Of a stretch of 64,000 nucleotides of DNA, positions 27,285 to 38,992 are shown one piece after another (the stretch's first letter is position 1; each line of letters begins with the position of its first letter). The DNA comes from Callorhinchus milii. Lineage: Eukaryota. The stretch lies in assembly GCF_018977255.1 (NCBI RefSeq), contig NW_024704764.1, positions 10,478,001 through 10,542,000 of the forward strand. Reading direction: 5' to 3'. The notes under the pieces are model-generated. The model searched no databases. It saw only the letters and a program-made list of their open reading frames with translations, and was not told where the DNA came from. A program made the position numbers and the translations under genes.

Positions 27285-27525
27285 TGTTCTTGATTTCCCA
27301 GGTGGGGCAAGACCTTGGGCAAGTTTCCTTACTCCAGGCGCCTCTGTTTACCCAACATGAGGAGGAACCCGATCGGTGGTCGACTGGAGGATGGCTTTTT
27401 GGGAGGAATAATCCCTCCAATTGTTTTTTGACAATATTAATTTGGTCTCAATGTGTGGGGGACATCACTCGGGCAATCGGCTGCTGTGGTTTCACACAGA
27501 AAATATGTAGTCACTGCACTTAACA
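27285..27525 (+). mobile_element. Diverged SINE fragment (same family as 32851)
   Basis: Shares ACCTTGGGCAAGTTTCCTTACTCCA, ATAATCCCTCC and GCAATCGGCTGC with the intact SINEs. Confidence 0.7.
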
Positions 27526-27535
27526 GAGGGCAGAG

Positions 27536-27732
27536 GGGGGCGGGGCTATGAAGTGGGAGGTCCTGGGGGCGGGGCCGTAGAGTGTGAGTCCTGGGGGCGG
27601 GGTCATAGAGTGGGAGGTCCTGGGGGCGGGGTCATTGAGTGGGAGGTCCTGGAGGCGGGGCCATAGAGTGGGAGGTCCTGGGGGCGGGGTCATGGAGTGG
27701 GAGGTCCTGGGGGCGGGGCCATGGAGTGGGAG
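27536..27732 (+). repeat. 29-bp G-rich minisatellite, ~7 copies
   Basis: Unit approximately GGGGGCGGGGTCATAGAGTGGGAGGTCCT, read directly. Confidence 0.93.
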
Positions 27733-27744
27733 AAGGCGTGGTCG

Positions 27745-27843
27745 CGGGTTCCGGTGGTGACCTACCGGGCGGTGCGTCATTTCCTGGATCGGCGTGAAGC
27801 GAGGCCGAGGCCGGGGCCTGGAGTTGGTGAAGGCTGAGCTGAG
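27745..27843 (+). other. CCDC47: Probable non-coding exon 1 of CCDC47 (start approximate)
   Basis: Strong donor GAG|gtgagg inside the CpG island. The ATG-containing exon has its own acceptor at 30946/30947, so an upstream non-coding exon is required. Confidence 0.6.
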
Positions 27844-27928
27844 GTGAGGCTCCGCCTGTTATTGTGTGATCCACGTCTAACGTTTGTAATTGAGATGAGA
27901 ATCAGACCATCCGCCCCTCGTGTCCGCG

Positions 27929-28016
27929 CCGCGGCCTCGGGCTGGAGCTGCCGGAGACCCCGCGGCCTCGGGCTGGAGCTGCCGGAGACCCCGCGGCCTC
28001 GGGCTGGAGCTGCCGG
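27929..28016 (+). repeat. 31-bp GC-rich minisatellite, ~3 copies
   Basis: CCGCGGCCTCGGGCTGGAGCTGCCGGAGACC x2.8. Confidence 0.93.
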
Positions 28017-28149
28017 GAGCGGGTGTCAGTGTCAGAGGCCGATCGATCTCTGGCACCAAAAGTCTTTTTCGCTTTTTTCAGGATTTGTTTCATATAAAAA
28101 TTGTCGATAATTATCGGTTTTTTAACAATTTAAATTCATGTCGATCTTC

Positions 28150-28560
28150 AAATCAGGAGAACCTGAAGCACCTCAGACAGCGACAAGAAGCTGAGCTGGA
28201 GGACCGGTCTCAAGATGGGCCTTGATGGTGGGAAGGGAGAGTATGAGGTGGACAGACTCCAGGATGGAATTCCAATGGGCAGAAAGCTCTCCACCAACAG
28301 GGCCTTTGGGGCAGGGGGACATGAAGCAGATGATGTATTAGGGTTCGGGGAGATTGCAGGAATAGGATGGGGTGAGGCCATTAAAGGGATTTGAATGTGA
28401 GGATGAAGATCTTGAATTGGTTCTGATGACGCATTGGTCTGAAGGTTGGGGTGGTGAGCTCATGGAGAGGACACAGGCTGCAGAGTTCTGGATGATCTGA
28501 AGTTTGTGTAGCGAGGAGCTGGGGATTCTTGCAAGTATGGCCTTGGAATAAGGTTTTGGC
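28150..28560 (-). mobile_element. Old L2 LINE fragment
   Basis: FKIFILTFKSL and QNSAA-like remnants on the minus strand. Confidence 0.6.
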
Positions 28561-29260
28561 GGACGGGGAGGTAGTGGCAGAGAGGAGGGATATTGGGGAA
28601 ATGTGGGAAACCCAAGCCAATGAGAGCCTAGATATAATGAATGTAGGGTTTATCCTGGGATGTTTAAATAATTTGAATGTCAGCACAAAAAGGTCATAAT
28701 CAATTACAATTCTTATTAATCAGATGGTCAAATAATAGAAGAACATGGGACAATATCTAATATCTATTAGATAAAGCAGCGACCAGGTCAGATAAGAGGG
28801 TAGTGATTTCTGTGGGAAAGTTTGACAGTCTCAGTGTCCTTAAGACACTTGCAGAATGTTCCCATCAGCCACTCTTATCAGAGAACCTGCGTACACCCTG
28901 CACAAGCAATCAAGCCTCAAGCCTGTTCGCCAACCCACACACAACCTTTTAACTCTTTCGTTTCAGGATAACTCCTTACAGAATTGAAGGAGAGTTGGGG
29001 ATTGAATCAAACATTGAGGTTCTGTGTCGTTTTTGTGAGGTGGAACAAACATTTGTGAAGGTCAGTGTGATCAGACCTGATGTGAAAAGATGTTTAGGGG
29101 AGCCAAGCAGGAAAGCCTCAGTCTTTTTGGATAGATGGATAACTTTCTTTTTAAAAAAACATTAACTTGCAGGGAAAGACAGTTATGTGGAACTGAATGG
29201 ATTGCTCTTTCAAGACACCAGCACAGGCATGATGGGTTAATTGATATGCATGGAACATTT

Positions 29261-30062
29261 CAACAACAACAACAACAACAAGATTCCATTTATAGAGTGC
29301 CTTTCACGTCGGGAGGACGTCCCAAGGTGCTGTACAGTTGGGTCAGGACCCGAGCAAGGGGGAAATGGTCAGGTGAGGGGAGGGAAGGGAGGGAGCGAGG
29401 AGGGGGTAGAGAATCGAGAGGGGAGCCGAAGGCTCGATCAAAGAGAAAGGTCTTGAGACCGGCCTTGAAGAAGGAAAGGGTGGAAGCGGCGAAGGCACTG
29501 GGGGATAGAGTTCCAGAGCCTGGGGGCTGAGAGGCTGAAGGCCCGGCCACCAATGGTAGGGCGGTTGGGGTGGAGATGTGGAGCAGACCGGAGCCAGAGG
29601 AACGGAGGGTACGGGCAGGTAGGTAGGGGGATAGTAGGTCAGAGAGGTAGGAGGGAGCAAGGCCGTGAATGGCCTTGTAGGTGAGGATGAGGATCTTGAA
29701 ATCGATCCTCTGGGGGATGGGGAGCCAGTGGAGGCGAGCGAGGACGAGGGTGGGAGTGATGTGGTCGCGGTGTCTGGTGCGGAACAGTACACGAGCTGCA
29801 GAGTTCTGAATGACCTGCAGTGTGGAGGGAGGGCCGGGAAGCGAGGAGAGAGTTCCCATAGTCCAGCCTTGAGGTGATAAAGGCGTGGACCAGAGTTTCA
29901 GCAGCGTGAGGGGTGAGGTAGTGCCGTTGTCTGGCGATATTCCGGAGGTGATGGAAGGCGGTGCCAGTTGTGGCGCGGATATGAGGGAGAAAGGACAGCT
30001 CAGGGTCGAACAGAACACCGAGGTTCCTGATGGCTTTGAGAGGTGGAGAGTTGAGCCTGGCC
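29261..30062 (-). mobile_element. Young 5'-truncated L2 LINE in CCDC47 intron 1
   Basis: RNLGVLFDPELSF, FITSRLDYGNSLL, LHWLPIPQRIDFKIL; (GTT)7 tail; closely similar to the 14753 copy. Confidence 0.95.
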
Positions 30063-30960
30063 TGACCAAACAAAATAAAAGCTGACTTTTACAGAGGTGT
30101 AAAGCTGATCAAGAAGAAGAAAGCTTCTTAACTTTTTAATTAGTAGTCTGTGTTCAGTATCTTCTTGCTTTCAAACGGGATTGGCACTTGATTCATAAGT
30201 GAGTACGAGGTAAGTTAGGCCCTGTTATGTTGCTGACTCTGCATTCCATCTTTCTGACTCTAACTAGATGCTGAAGCTGGTGAAGAGAAGGGGCTGAGTG
30301 ATCAGCAATTTTAAAGCAAGATCGCATTATGATTGCAGGTCTCCAGCGAAGATTAATTAAGCATACATTGATTGTTGTTGAAAAATGTTGTTGTCAAAAA
30401 TGAGACACTTCAGTCAGGAAATAGATGGAATTGAAATGAATGAAGAGTATTACTGATATTTTGCAGAAACTGGTTAGAATCAGAGTATTTATAAGCAGAG
30501 ACTGCTGCTTTGTGAAATGCAACATTACTCTTGAGGCAGGTTTGTATCTTTAGTTCTGTATCGTTGTCATTTAACTGGAAAACTTTTGAAATCCTAGTTT
30601 TTTTTAAATAATGCAGGGAACCCCCACCCCCCTCCATTTTGTCCTGTCTTACAGATGAAGCCTGATTTCCTATCATAGAGATATAGCTTGATAAGAGTAG
30701 TTTAGTGTACTTAGAGAGGAGACAAGGGTTGACGATGTGGAGGGTTCTTCAAAGAATGTGCCTTGTGTCATTTCAGCTTCCTGCTGGAAGGCGTCTGTAA
30801 TGTACACAACTCTACCAATGTGTGAAATAGAGCAGACAGAAAATTGGGCACCATGTTGTAATACATCAGGCAATACTTGTATCAAAATCTTGGAAATTGC
30901 AGTTGAACCATTAGATTTCTAAAATTTGTCTCTTTGTTAATTACAGGCTGTGACAGCATC

Positions 30961-31221
30961 ATGCGCTCCCTATATCTTCTGTTCGTCGTTGTGCTCAGCT
31001 GCGGACTTGTAGTCAGCAAGTTTGATGACTTCGATGATACCGATGACATTACTGAGTATGACGACAATGATTTTGCAGAATTTGAAGATGTGAATGAGGA
31101 TGTGCCTCAGGAGACTCCACAGAAAATTACAACCGTGCAAGATGATGAGGAAGAGGCGACGGTAGAAGTGGAGGACCAGGATGAAAACCAAGAAGATTTT
31201 GAAGATCCAGATGCACCTGCA
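30961..31221 (+). CDS. CCDC47: CCDC47 exon 2, coding part (ATG; acceptor at 30947)
   Basis: ttacag|gctgtgacagcatcATG...CCT GCA|gtaagt; [43 protein letters not shown]... Confidence 0.95.
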
Positions 31222-31614
31222 GTAAGTGCGACGTAATAATTAATAATCCTTACATTTGGTAATAATTAATAATCCTTACATTTGGTAATAATGTGACAAT
31301 TTGCTTGAATGGGTGCTGCCCATTCAGTCCGAATGTTAATCCGGGACACTACGCTGCTGGAAGGGCGCAGTTTAAATGTTGTTGTCGTCGTAATCTGCCA
31401 CAGTAGAAACAAAAAATCTTCCGCGGTTTCAGTTTCAAAGTGTCTTTAATTGCTGGACTGTGTAAAAGGTTACAAGTATTACAGGTGTGGAGAATGGAAA
31501 TGCCTTTCTGGCGCAGTATGAGGTGCAATTCTATGTTGAGACATTTTATTGCTCTGTGGAAAGAGCTTTATAATTCAACCAACAATTATTCATAAATACT
31601 TTTTCCTAATAAAG

Positions 31615-31719
31615 GATGGCGATGCAGAGAATGAACTGTTTGACGATGAAGAATTTGAAGGTTATGAAGAGGTAGATAGGCCATCAAGCAGAAGCAAAGA
31701 CCCGATTAAGATAGTTAAC
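31615..31719 (+). CDS. CCDC47: CCDC47 exon 3
   Basis: ataaag|GAT...GTT AAC|gtaagt; DGDAENELFDDEEFEGYEEVDRPSSRSKDPIKIVN. Confidence 0.93.
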
Positions 31720-32199
31720 GTAAGTGTCTTGTCTATTTGTTCTCGCCTCAAACCACTAACTTGTCTTGGACTTTAGGTCCACATATCGAGCACCCACTTG
31801 ACCTTCACCCTAAATGAAATTCTTTTATGTGTGAACCTGGATAGTTAATGTTAGCATGCTATCAGCGCTGAAACATTCCAGTACTCACTCCAAGTATATA
31901 TACATACACTCGTTGGATAGACGCTATATAAACCGGGATGCTACCCAGTGTGAAGGGCGCAATATCAATGCAAGTTGTTGTTATCACCTTTGGTCTGACA
32001 GACTGTTTATTTCAAGTCAAAATTCACTCATTTTTACAAAAAAAGGTTGTTTTTAAAAGGTAGAACTCTTTGTGCCTATTTGCACGTGGATTATCTCTTA
32101 TATTAAAAATCTGAATGTATATGTTATTATGGCAGAACTCCCTCCGTTGTCTTTGTTTCATGCTGAAAACAAGCGGAACATATTCCTTGAGCATATTCA

Positions 32200-32355
32200 A
32201 GACTGAGATAGATATATTTCTTATTGCAAAAGGATTAAGGGATATGGGGATAAGGCAGGGTCAGGTTATTAGCTGGAGTTAGATTAGAAGATCAGCCATG
32301 ATTGAATGGCGGGGCAGGCTCGAAGGGCCGAATGGCCTACTGCTCCTACCTGTGA
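32200..32355 (+). mobile_element. CR1-clade LINE 3' end (also at ~44360-44515)
   Basis: GATCAGCCATGATTGAATGGCGGGGCAGGCTCGAAGGGCCGAATGGCCTACT terminus. Confidence 0.8.
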
Positions 32356-32478
32356 TGTTATGTTAAGCGGAGTGTCGACACACTGAGATAGTGATGAGGA
32401 GGAGGAGCTTGTGTCCCTGGACATTTTTTGCAATTTCTCTAAATTTCTAACAACTGCTGTCATTGGCCCGTGGTTCAG

Positions 32479-32653
32479 GTCCCACATCATCTCCAGAACA
32501 GCTGGGAGAGCTACTACATGGAGATTCTGATGGTCACTGGGCTCCTTGCTTACATCATGAATTACATCATCGGCAAAAACAAAAACAACCGGCTGGCTGC
32601 AGCGTGGTTCAGTTCCCATAAGCAACTGCTTGAGAGTAACTTTGCACTTGTCG
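32479..32653 (+). CDS. CCDC47: CCDC47 exon 4 (TM helix)
   Basis: gttcag|GTC...GTC G|gtgagt; [58 protein letters not shown]. Confidence 0.96.
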
Positions 32654-32850
32654 GTGAGTATTGAGAGGCATCTGTAACAAGTTGTTGTGATTGTAATTGA
32701 AGAAAGAATTTGCATTTGCAAAATCTACAACAACAAACACCACAAGCAACTTCACAGACAATTATTGTCAAATATAGTGACTTTTTGTAGGCAAATCCAG
32801 CAGTTATTTAGCACCAAGAAAATCACACAAACAGCTATGAGACAAATGTG

Positions 32851-33161
32851 GAGTCCTGTAGCTCAGTGGTTAGAGCTCTTGCCTCACAAGCGAGAGACCT
32901 GGGTTTGATTCCTGGCAGGGTGAAACCTTGGGCAAGTTTCCTTACTCCACATGTCTGATAATAATCCCTCAAGAAAAAAATGATAAAATTGGTCATTTCA
33001 ATCCACGACTGTTTGTAGGACGCTGCTCTGCGCAATTGGCTGCCACGTTTTGCCCACAAATATACGGTCAATTCACTTTACAGTATATTCTGTCAAACGC
33101 TTTGAGACGTCTTGAAGACGTGAAAAGCGCTATATCAAATGCAAGAATTATTATTATTATT
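32851..33161 (+). mobile_element. Full-length tRNA-derived SINE with Deu-like core and L2-derived tail
   Basis: A box TAGCTCAGTGG, B box-like GGTTTGATTCC, central GCGCAATTGGCTGCCACGTTT, tail GACGTGAAAAGCGCTATATCAAATGCAAG(ATT)n. Confidence 0.92.
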
Positions 33162-34165
33162 AAATGAGCAGTTAATCTGGAAGATTGCTGGTCGGGATAC
33201 TCTGAGAAACTTCCTTCTTTGTCTGAATACAACAACAACAAGATTACATTTGTATAGCACCTTTCATGTCGGGAGGATGTCCCAAGGCGCTGGACAGATT
33301 ACAGCATTTCAGAGACAAGATCATTAATGTACACCTGAATAAAAGGCAGATGGAAGGTCGGTTTTAATGTTTCATCCAAAGGATGCAGTGCATAACTGAT
33401 AATACTGCGCTGGTTGTTGAGCTAGATTATGAGCCAGGTTTAGACGTGGGTGAGTTCATGAACTGATCCAGAGTTGTGAGTACTCGCAACTGAGTCAATT
33501 TGATACCTGATGCTGTTGAAATTGCATAGTAAAAGTGCAAATGGAAACTAAATATAGTGGAAGCCGCTGTAAGCAATTTAAGCAATTCTAGTGTCACATC
33601 CAGCTTTGTGCAAGAAACGCAAAGCAAATAAGTGACAAAGGTAACCTGATGACCTGCAAGCCCACCTTTTTAGTGCAAAACAACTGGCCGTGGAAAACAA
33701 ATGGACTAACTGACTGCTCTCGTGGAAGGGGAACAGGTTCCAAGAGTGTAACTACATTTTTACATAATGTAACCACATTATAAGTGAATTTGTGCTGTAG
33801 TGCAGATCGTTTTAAGCAAAGTGCTGGTATTTTCACTTTTAATTATCATACCGAAACAATAATAATCATTGAATTTGATTCAGCAACTTCACCAGTTGCT
33901 CAGAGTGGGATTGCCCAGTAATTTTCCTGACACCAGAGTTCACTTCCAAAGCTTTGTGTTTCCCACCAGCACTGGTACCATTCCTGCCCTTCACCTTCAT
34001 ATGATGTTGTTGAGACTTACATATTTTCAATGTAGCTCTCACATAAACCCAGTCTTTTGTATATTTGGTTATTTGGCAAAATGCTCTTCTAGTCGCATCG
34101 TTTTTTTTCTTGTAATGTCGCAATTTTGTTAATAACTGCGGCATTAAATATATGCCTATTTGCAG

Positions 34166-34287
34166 GAGATGACGGGATGAATAAAGAGCCCATCAGTACT
34201 GGGAAGCTAAACCAGGAAAACGAACACATTTATAACCTGTGGTGCTCAGGGCGTCTGTGCTGTGAGGGAATGTTGATTCAGCTGAAG
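34166..34287 (+). CDS. CCDC47: CCDC47 exon 5
   Basis: ttgcag|GA GAT...CTG AAG|gtattg; [40 protein letters not shown]. Confidence 0.96.
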
Positions 34288-34971
34288 GTATTGGGAAAGT
34301 GATATTCAAAGTCAATGCTCCATTTTCTCAGTTCAATTTTTTGATGCTACAAGTTAACAGTGACATTGCTGAGCTCCATTGATGTTCCAGTGAGTAAAGT
34401 CAAGTCATACAGATCAAAAGTTCAGAATTTAATTTTAGTTTGTGATGAGTTAACTGATCTCAGCCGAGATAGAAGTTGAGATCATACAATGGTCATGTTA
34501 CCTGTGCTACAAATGGCCAGCGATTCTGGGCTTGTCTCTTATCTGTTGACCCCAGGTAGAAAGTGCATATGTGTACAAGTTAGATGAAGGTGGAATTAGA
34601 CTCATAATTTAGCAGCAAAGTACCAGAATCATCCCGGTAGCCTCTGAATCTTGCATTTTCAAAAGTGCCAAGAACTGCACATAATATGGCTTATTCTATG
34701 AGTAATTCAAGGTTAATATGACTTATTTTAATTGCAATAAAATACTCAAAAGATGCAATGTAGTATTTAGTTGCTTTGACAGCAGGACTATTGCTGATAA
34801 TTGAGAATACTTCAGTTTGATACTGCACGAACAGTGTTAACATTGTTAATCAGTACAAAATGGGGGAGAATAAAACTAATTTGTCTGTGACAACTTTCTC
34901 CAATGATTATTTAAATCACATCTCAGTCACCAGCTAAACCCAAAAAACAAATCCTTTTTTCTTTATTTTAG

Positions 34972-35037
34972 TTTTTGAAACGTCAAGATCTGTTGAATGT
35001 CCTCGCACGCATGATGAGGCCAGCCAGTGACCAGGTG
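34972..35037 (+). CDS. CCDC47: CCDC47 exon 6
   Basis: ttttag|TTT...CAG GTG|gtacgt; [22 protein letters not shown]. Confidence 0.95.
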
Positions 35038-35613
35038 GTACGTACGTGTATATATATGTCTATATATATATATATATATATTTGGGGGTTTATTGAGTAT
35101 TGTTCTCTCCTGGAGAAGCTCACTTGTTCTGGGTAGTATTCCACAAGTGGTCATGCGTTTCCCAAATGATGTCCATAAGTTCCTAAATAGTGGGAAAGAT
35201 CCAGACCCTTTGTTCCAGACAAATCCCTAATTTAAAATCAGCCACCCAGCTATCACATGTTCTCACTCCTCTGCTATCACTATTTGTCTGACCCTAAGGA
35301 TGAGGAGTGAGACAGCTAAAACTAAAACTGAGGCAAATAAGATGTAGAATTGGACTGTAAGTAATTAGGCAGGAATAGGCTATACTGAGTGTAAACAGTA
35401 TTGTATACTGAGAATAAGCAATTGTTGTGGTTTGTTACCTAAATAAACTATAGCCAACCAGGTCCCAGCGCTCCAGGACAGTACCCTGCATGAAGGGCAC
35501 TATATAAATGCAAATTGTTGTTGACCATCAAAATGCAATAGCATACATACATTCAGGCTTCTGACGGGTACGATGTCTCCCAAGAAAACAAAACACTTTG
35601 GTTTAATTTTCAG

Positions 35614-35715
35614 CAAATCAAAGTCACAATGAATGAAGAAGACATGGATACCTATGTATTTGCCATTGGTTCACGGAAAGCCATGGGGAGGATGCAGAAG
35701 GAGATGCAGGATTTG
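35614..35715 (+). CDS. CCDC47: CCDC47 exon 7
   Basis: tttcag|CAA...GAT TTG|gtacgt; [34 protein letters not shown]. Confidence 0.95.
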
Positions 35716-35775
35716 GTACGTACCAATGGGGTTTCAAGGCGACAGCTCAAGTCTGGAATGCAAATGAAGTGTGTA

Positions 35776-35797
35776 GTGTGTGTGTGTGTGTGTGTGT
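35776..35797 (+). repeat. (GT)11 microsatellite; (GT)7 in copy 2 at 47927-47940
   Basis: Read directly. Confidence 0.9.
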
Positions 35798-36227
35798 CTG
35801 TGTGAGAGCAACAAGCATTTTGTAGAAAACAAATCAAATTGTCTTGCGCTAAAATGGCTTTCGTATCATTAGGTTGCCAATGTTGTTGCTTCCTGTTTTA
35901 TGCATGTGCAGCTCACAGGAAGTGATATCAGCAATGCCCTCAAGATCCAGCAGACAGTCATTTTATTTAGTTCGGAACCAGCTGGCAATAAGGGAGCAAT
36001 CTGCCCTGCTTCATGACCATGCAATGAAATTGGCTATTGTACCTCATTCTCGAATGTTTTGAATTCTGACCACCTCATTATTGGGTCAACTTTAGAGGCT
36101 TTTACAGTGAGCAAAGAAGGTTATTACGTAATATTCTGGTTCTACCTATTTTTGGAAGTCTGCAAATTGCTGGAATGTGTGTGATAATCTTCCTGAGTTA
36201 CATAAAGGTATATTGTTAAACTTCCAG

Positions 36228-36338
36228 AGTGAATTCTGCAGCGATAAGCCAAAGTCAGGGTCTAAATTCGGAATTCCGGATTCACTTGCTATCCTGTCCG
36301 AAATGGGAGAAGTCACAGAGGGAATCCTGGATAACAGA
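36228..36338 (+). CDS. CCDC47: CCDC47 exon 8
   Basis: ttccag|AGT...AAC AGA|gtaagt; [37 protein letters not shown]. Confidence 0.95.
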
Positions 36339-37557
36339 GTAAGTAACCTGAATTAGAAAATGAGCTGAAGTATATGAAAGTTAGGTCTTATTTCTTTAGT
36401 AGACCACTAACTTGTAGGGAATTGTGATAAGGAAATTAGTTGATAATGTTTTGGAAAGAATTTGATTGTTGACAATGGTTTCAGATTCAAATAATCGTTT
36501 CCTTTATTACACAAATTATCAAGTTAATGGTTATACATGTTCGAATAAACAGTATCAACGTTTCTGGATAAAGTAGTAACCAACCATCAGGAGAAATGTG
36601 CAGTGACCTGTCCCTGGGAGAAAGGCAGCAGATTCAATGGATTCACTTCTCATTTGTTTCTGCCTGAACCAGTTCATTCTATACAAACGCTGAACTATCT
36701 GTATTTATACCTAACTGGTTACTGTGTGTGAAGCCCAGACCAATGAAATAGCGAATATATCATTTATGTCTAAAGCTCATTGGCCTAATGCTGTAGGCCA
36801 TGTTCCCACCGCAAGATGTTTCCCGGTTAATAAACCATAGTTCAGTTATCAGAGGCTAGAATACATTCTTCGTGAACAATCATTCCTCACAAAGTTTTTA
36901 TCTCACTCACAGACATCACATGTCTTCAGTGCTTTCCCACACAGTTAGCATTTTATCTCCTTACAAACGTTTTGGGTTTCTCAGTCATCTATAATGTTTG
37001 TTCAGTAAATACGATTGAGATTTACATACAAAACCAATGCAACATTTTTAATTGGATGATTAAGCAAATCAGAACTCTGCTGGTGCCTGAGCTCCTCTAG
37101 AACTACAACGCACTGGTAAGATGGCTTAGTTCAGGGAGATCCAACCACAGCGCCGGCCAGTCCAGGGAATGATTTGTGTCCCGCGAACCAGGTCCAACTA
37201 TGGCTTTCTCCGGATTTCAGAGGGATATTTAGAATTATTCCTTCACGGGAAGGAATAATGGGTTTCTACAAAGCTTTGGTGTGACTTGGAATTTCAGTTC
37301 TGGTGCCTCCATTGGTGATGGTCTTTCCACCATTAATTATTTTCTCAGAGAAACTGTGTTAATCCTTAGGATCTCTCTTCCCAACCCAGTTAAGGATTGT
37401 AGCTCACATCAAACTCATCATTTGTAAAACACACTTTCTCACGTTTCAAACGACTTTGTTTTCAATTTAGTGGGAGTAGATTTTAATGATGTAGATGAAA
37501 ATGCTGAAGGTACTCCTTCTATACAGAGTTCAAGCATGTTTTTTTCTTTGTTTCCAG

Positions 37558-37643
37558 ATGGTGCATTTCCTCTCGTCTCATGATGATAAAATTGAGTCCA
37601 TTCACTTTTCGGATCAGTTCTCTGGGCCTAAAATAATGCAAGA
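37558..37643 (+). CDS. CCDC47: CCDC47 exon 9
   Basis: ttccag|ATG...CAA GA|gtaggt; [28 protein letters not shown](E). Confidence 0.95.
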
Positions 37644-37654
37644 GTAGGTATCCA

Positions 37655-37910
37655 CTAGCTCACCATTACCAAACAGATTGATTTCAAAATCCTCACACTT
37701 GTCTTCAAATCCCTTCCTGCCCTGGCACCTCCCTAACTCTCCGACCTGCTTACTCCCCAACCCACTCCCTGCTGCCTCCGCTCAACTGACTCTGGCCTCC
37801 CCTCCTTGTCCATTGTGCCCTCTGTTCCACCATCAGTGGCGGTGCTGTCAACTACTACGCCCAAAAACTCCCCAATGGGAGGAAAGTTACTGTCCTGCTG
37901 TTGTTGTTGT
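37655..37910 (+). mobile_element. Old L2 LINE fragment (also at ~49797-50050)
   Basis: GATTGATTTCAAAATCCTCACACTTGTCTTCAAATCCC encodes IDFKILTLVFKS. Confidence 0.7.
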
Positions 37911-38582
37911 CCTTTGCTTGTTTGCTCACATGTTTACTAAGAGGACAATTGGAAACTTCCAGGCTTTTGTAATGATGAGAGTCATTTGCCATGGTGACTC
38001 TTCACACTGTAGGAAGATATTGCACACAGCGTAGTTTTGGGAAATGGATGTGAAGCCCACTACATCTAGTCACTGTCTATGCTGCATCATATTCAAATCT
38101 CTGTCTTCTACAATGGGGTCCCAAACTGTACCTAATACTTAATGCTTTTGTCCTTTGTTTTCAGTGCCTCGGTTTATAAAACCCTGGGTCTATCTACCAA
38201 ACTGCTTTCCCATAATTCTTTGTTCTTCTAATTCCTGTAGAATTTGTTTGTAAAATACATCTTTTTCTCAAAGTATATGATGTACATTAGTGTTCAAACA
38301 TGAAAGGCATTGTCATATCTTCTCACATCCCTAGCCTGTCTATATTTAGCTTTGAATTTTTTTTTCGTATTTGCCAGGAGAATAGTTGGGCTAATTTAGG
38401 AGAAGGAAATTGGTCGTTATCCAAATATTTCTGCTGGAAAGTGTATGTGCTTGGCTCAGCTGCGATTTTCTCATCTTTCCTCTCCCCCTCTCCACAACTG
38501 AGTGGGATGGGAGAAAAATTGATGGAAATAAGATGGTGTGCCTACCTCTTCAATTCAATGATTATTGTTTGTTTTTGTTTAG

Positions 38583-38641
38583 AGAGGGCCAGCCCCTCAA
38601 GCTGCCTGATACTAAAAAGACACTACTGTTTACATTTAACG
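38583..38641 (+). CDS. CCDC47: CCDC47 exon 10
   Basis: gtttag|A GAG...AAC G|gtaagt; EGQPLKLPDTKKTLLFTFN. Confidence 0.95.
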
Positions 38642-38992
38642 GTAAGTCCAGGTTTGTATTTATTTTCTCCCATCATGAGAAATCACTTGTTAATTTGATA
38701 TATAATGGATAGAAATTTGACAGAATGACTAAATGACAAAAAATGACAAGGGCTAAATGGATGCTTTCAGCCTGGAGTGGTAAACAGTGGTCATTGATCA
38801 AACCTCACTCGCTTTGTATCTCTCCCTTTACTCAATCTGTGTGTCTCTCTCATATATATATATATTTATATATAATCTGAACTCTTTAAATTATATGGAG
38901 CACAATAAGTAGGCAAAACTATATAAAATGTTAATGGGATCATAGGTTTTATAAATTAGAACATAGAATTCAAAAACAAAGAAGCAATGTTC

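Larger units (their letters stand above)
27530..28050 (+). promoter_or_regulatory. CpG-rich promoter region of CCDC47
   Basis: Very GC/CpG-rich segment upstream of CCDC47. It contains repeated GGGGCGGGG GC boxes, an ETS-like TTCCGG (~27749) and a CRE-like TGCGTCA (~27773), followed by a GAG|gtgagg donor at 27843/27844. Confidence 0.8.

Noticed and set aside
20118-27500. LIMD2 or STRADA exons on the minus strand, as expected from human synteny
   Set aside because: I could not find LIM-domain or pseudokinase motifs by eye or in the ORF track. A TBLASTN is needed to exclude small exons formally.
27536-28016. CRISPR-like array
   Set aside because: Direct tandem repeats with no unique spacers, in vertebrate DNA with no cas genes.
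32851-32925. tRNA gene (also at 57508 and 60079)
   Set aside because: The A/B boxes continue into a SINE body and LINE-derived tail. There is no proper acceptor stem or poly-T terminator.
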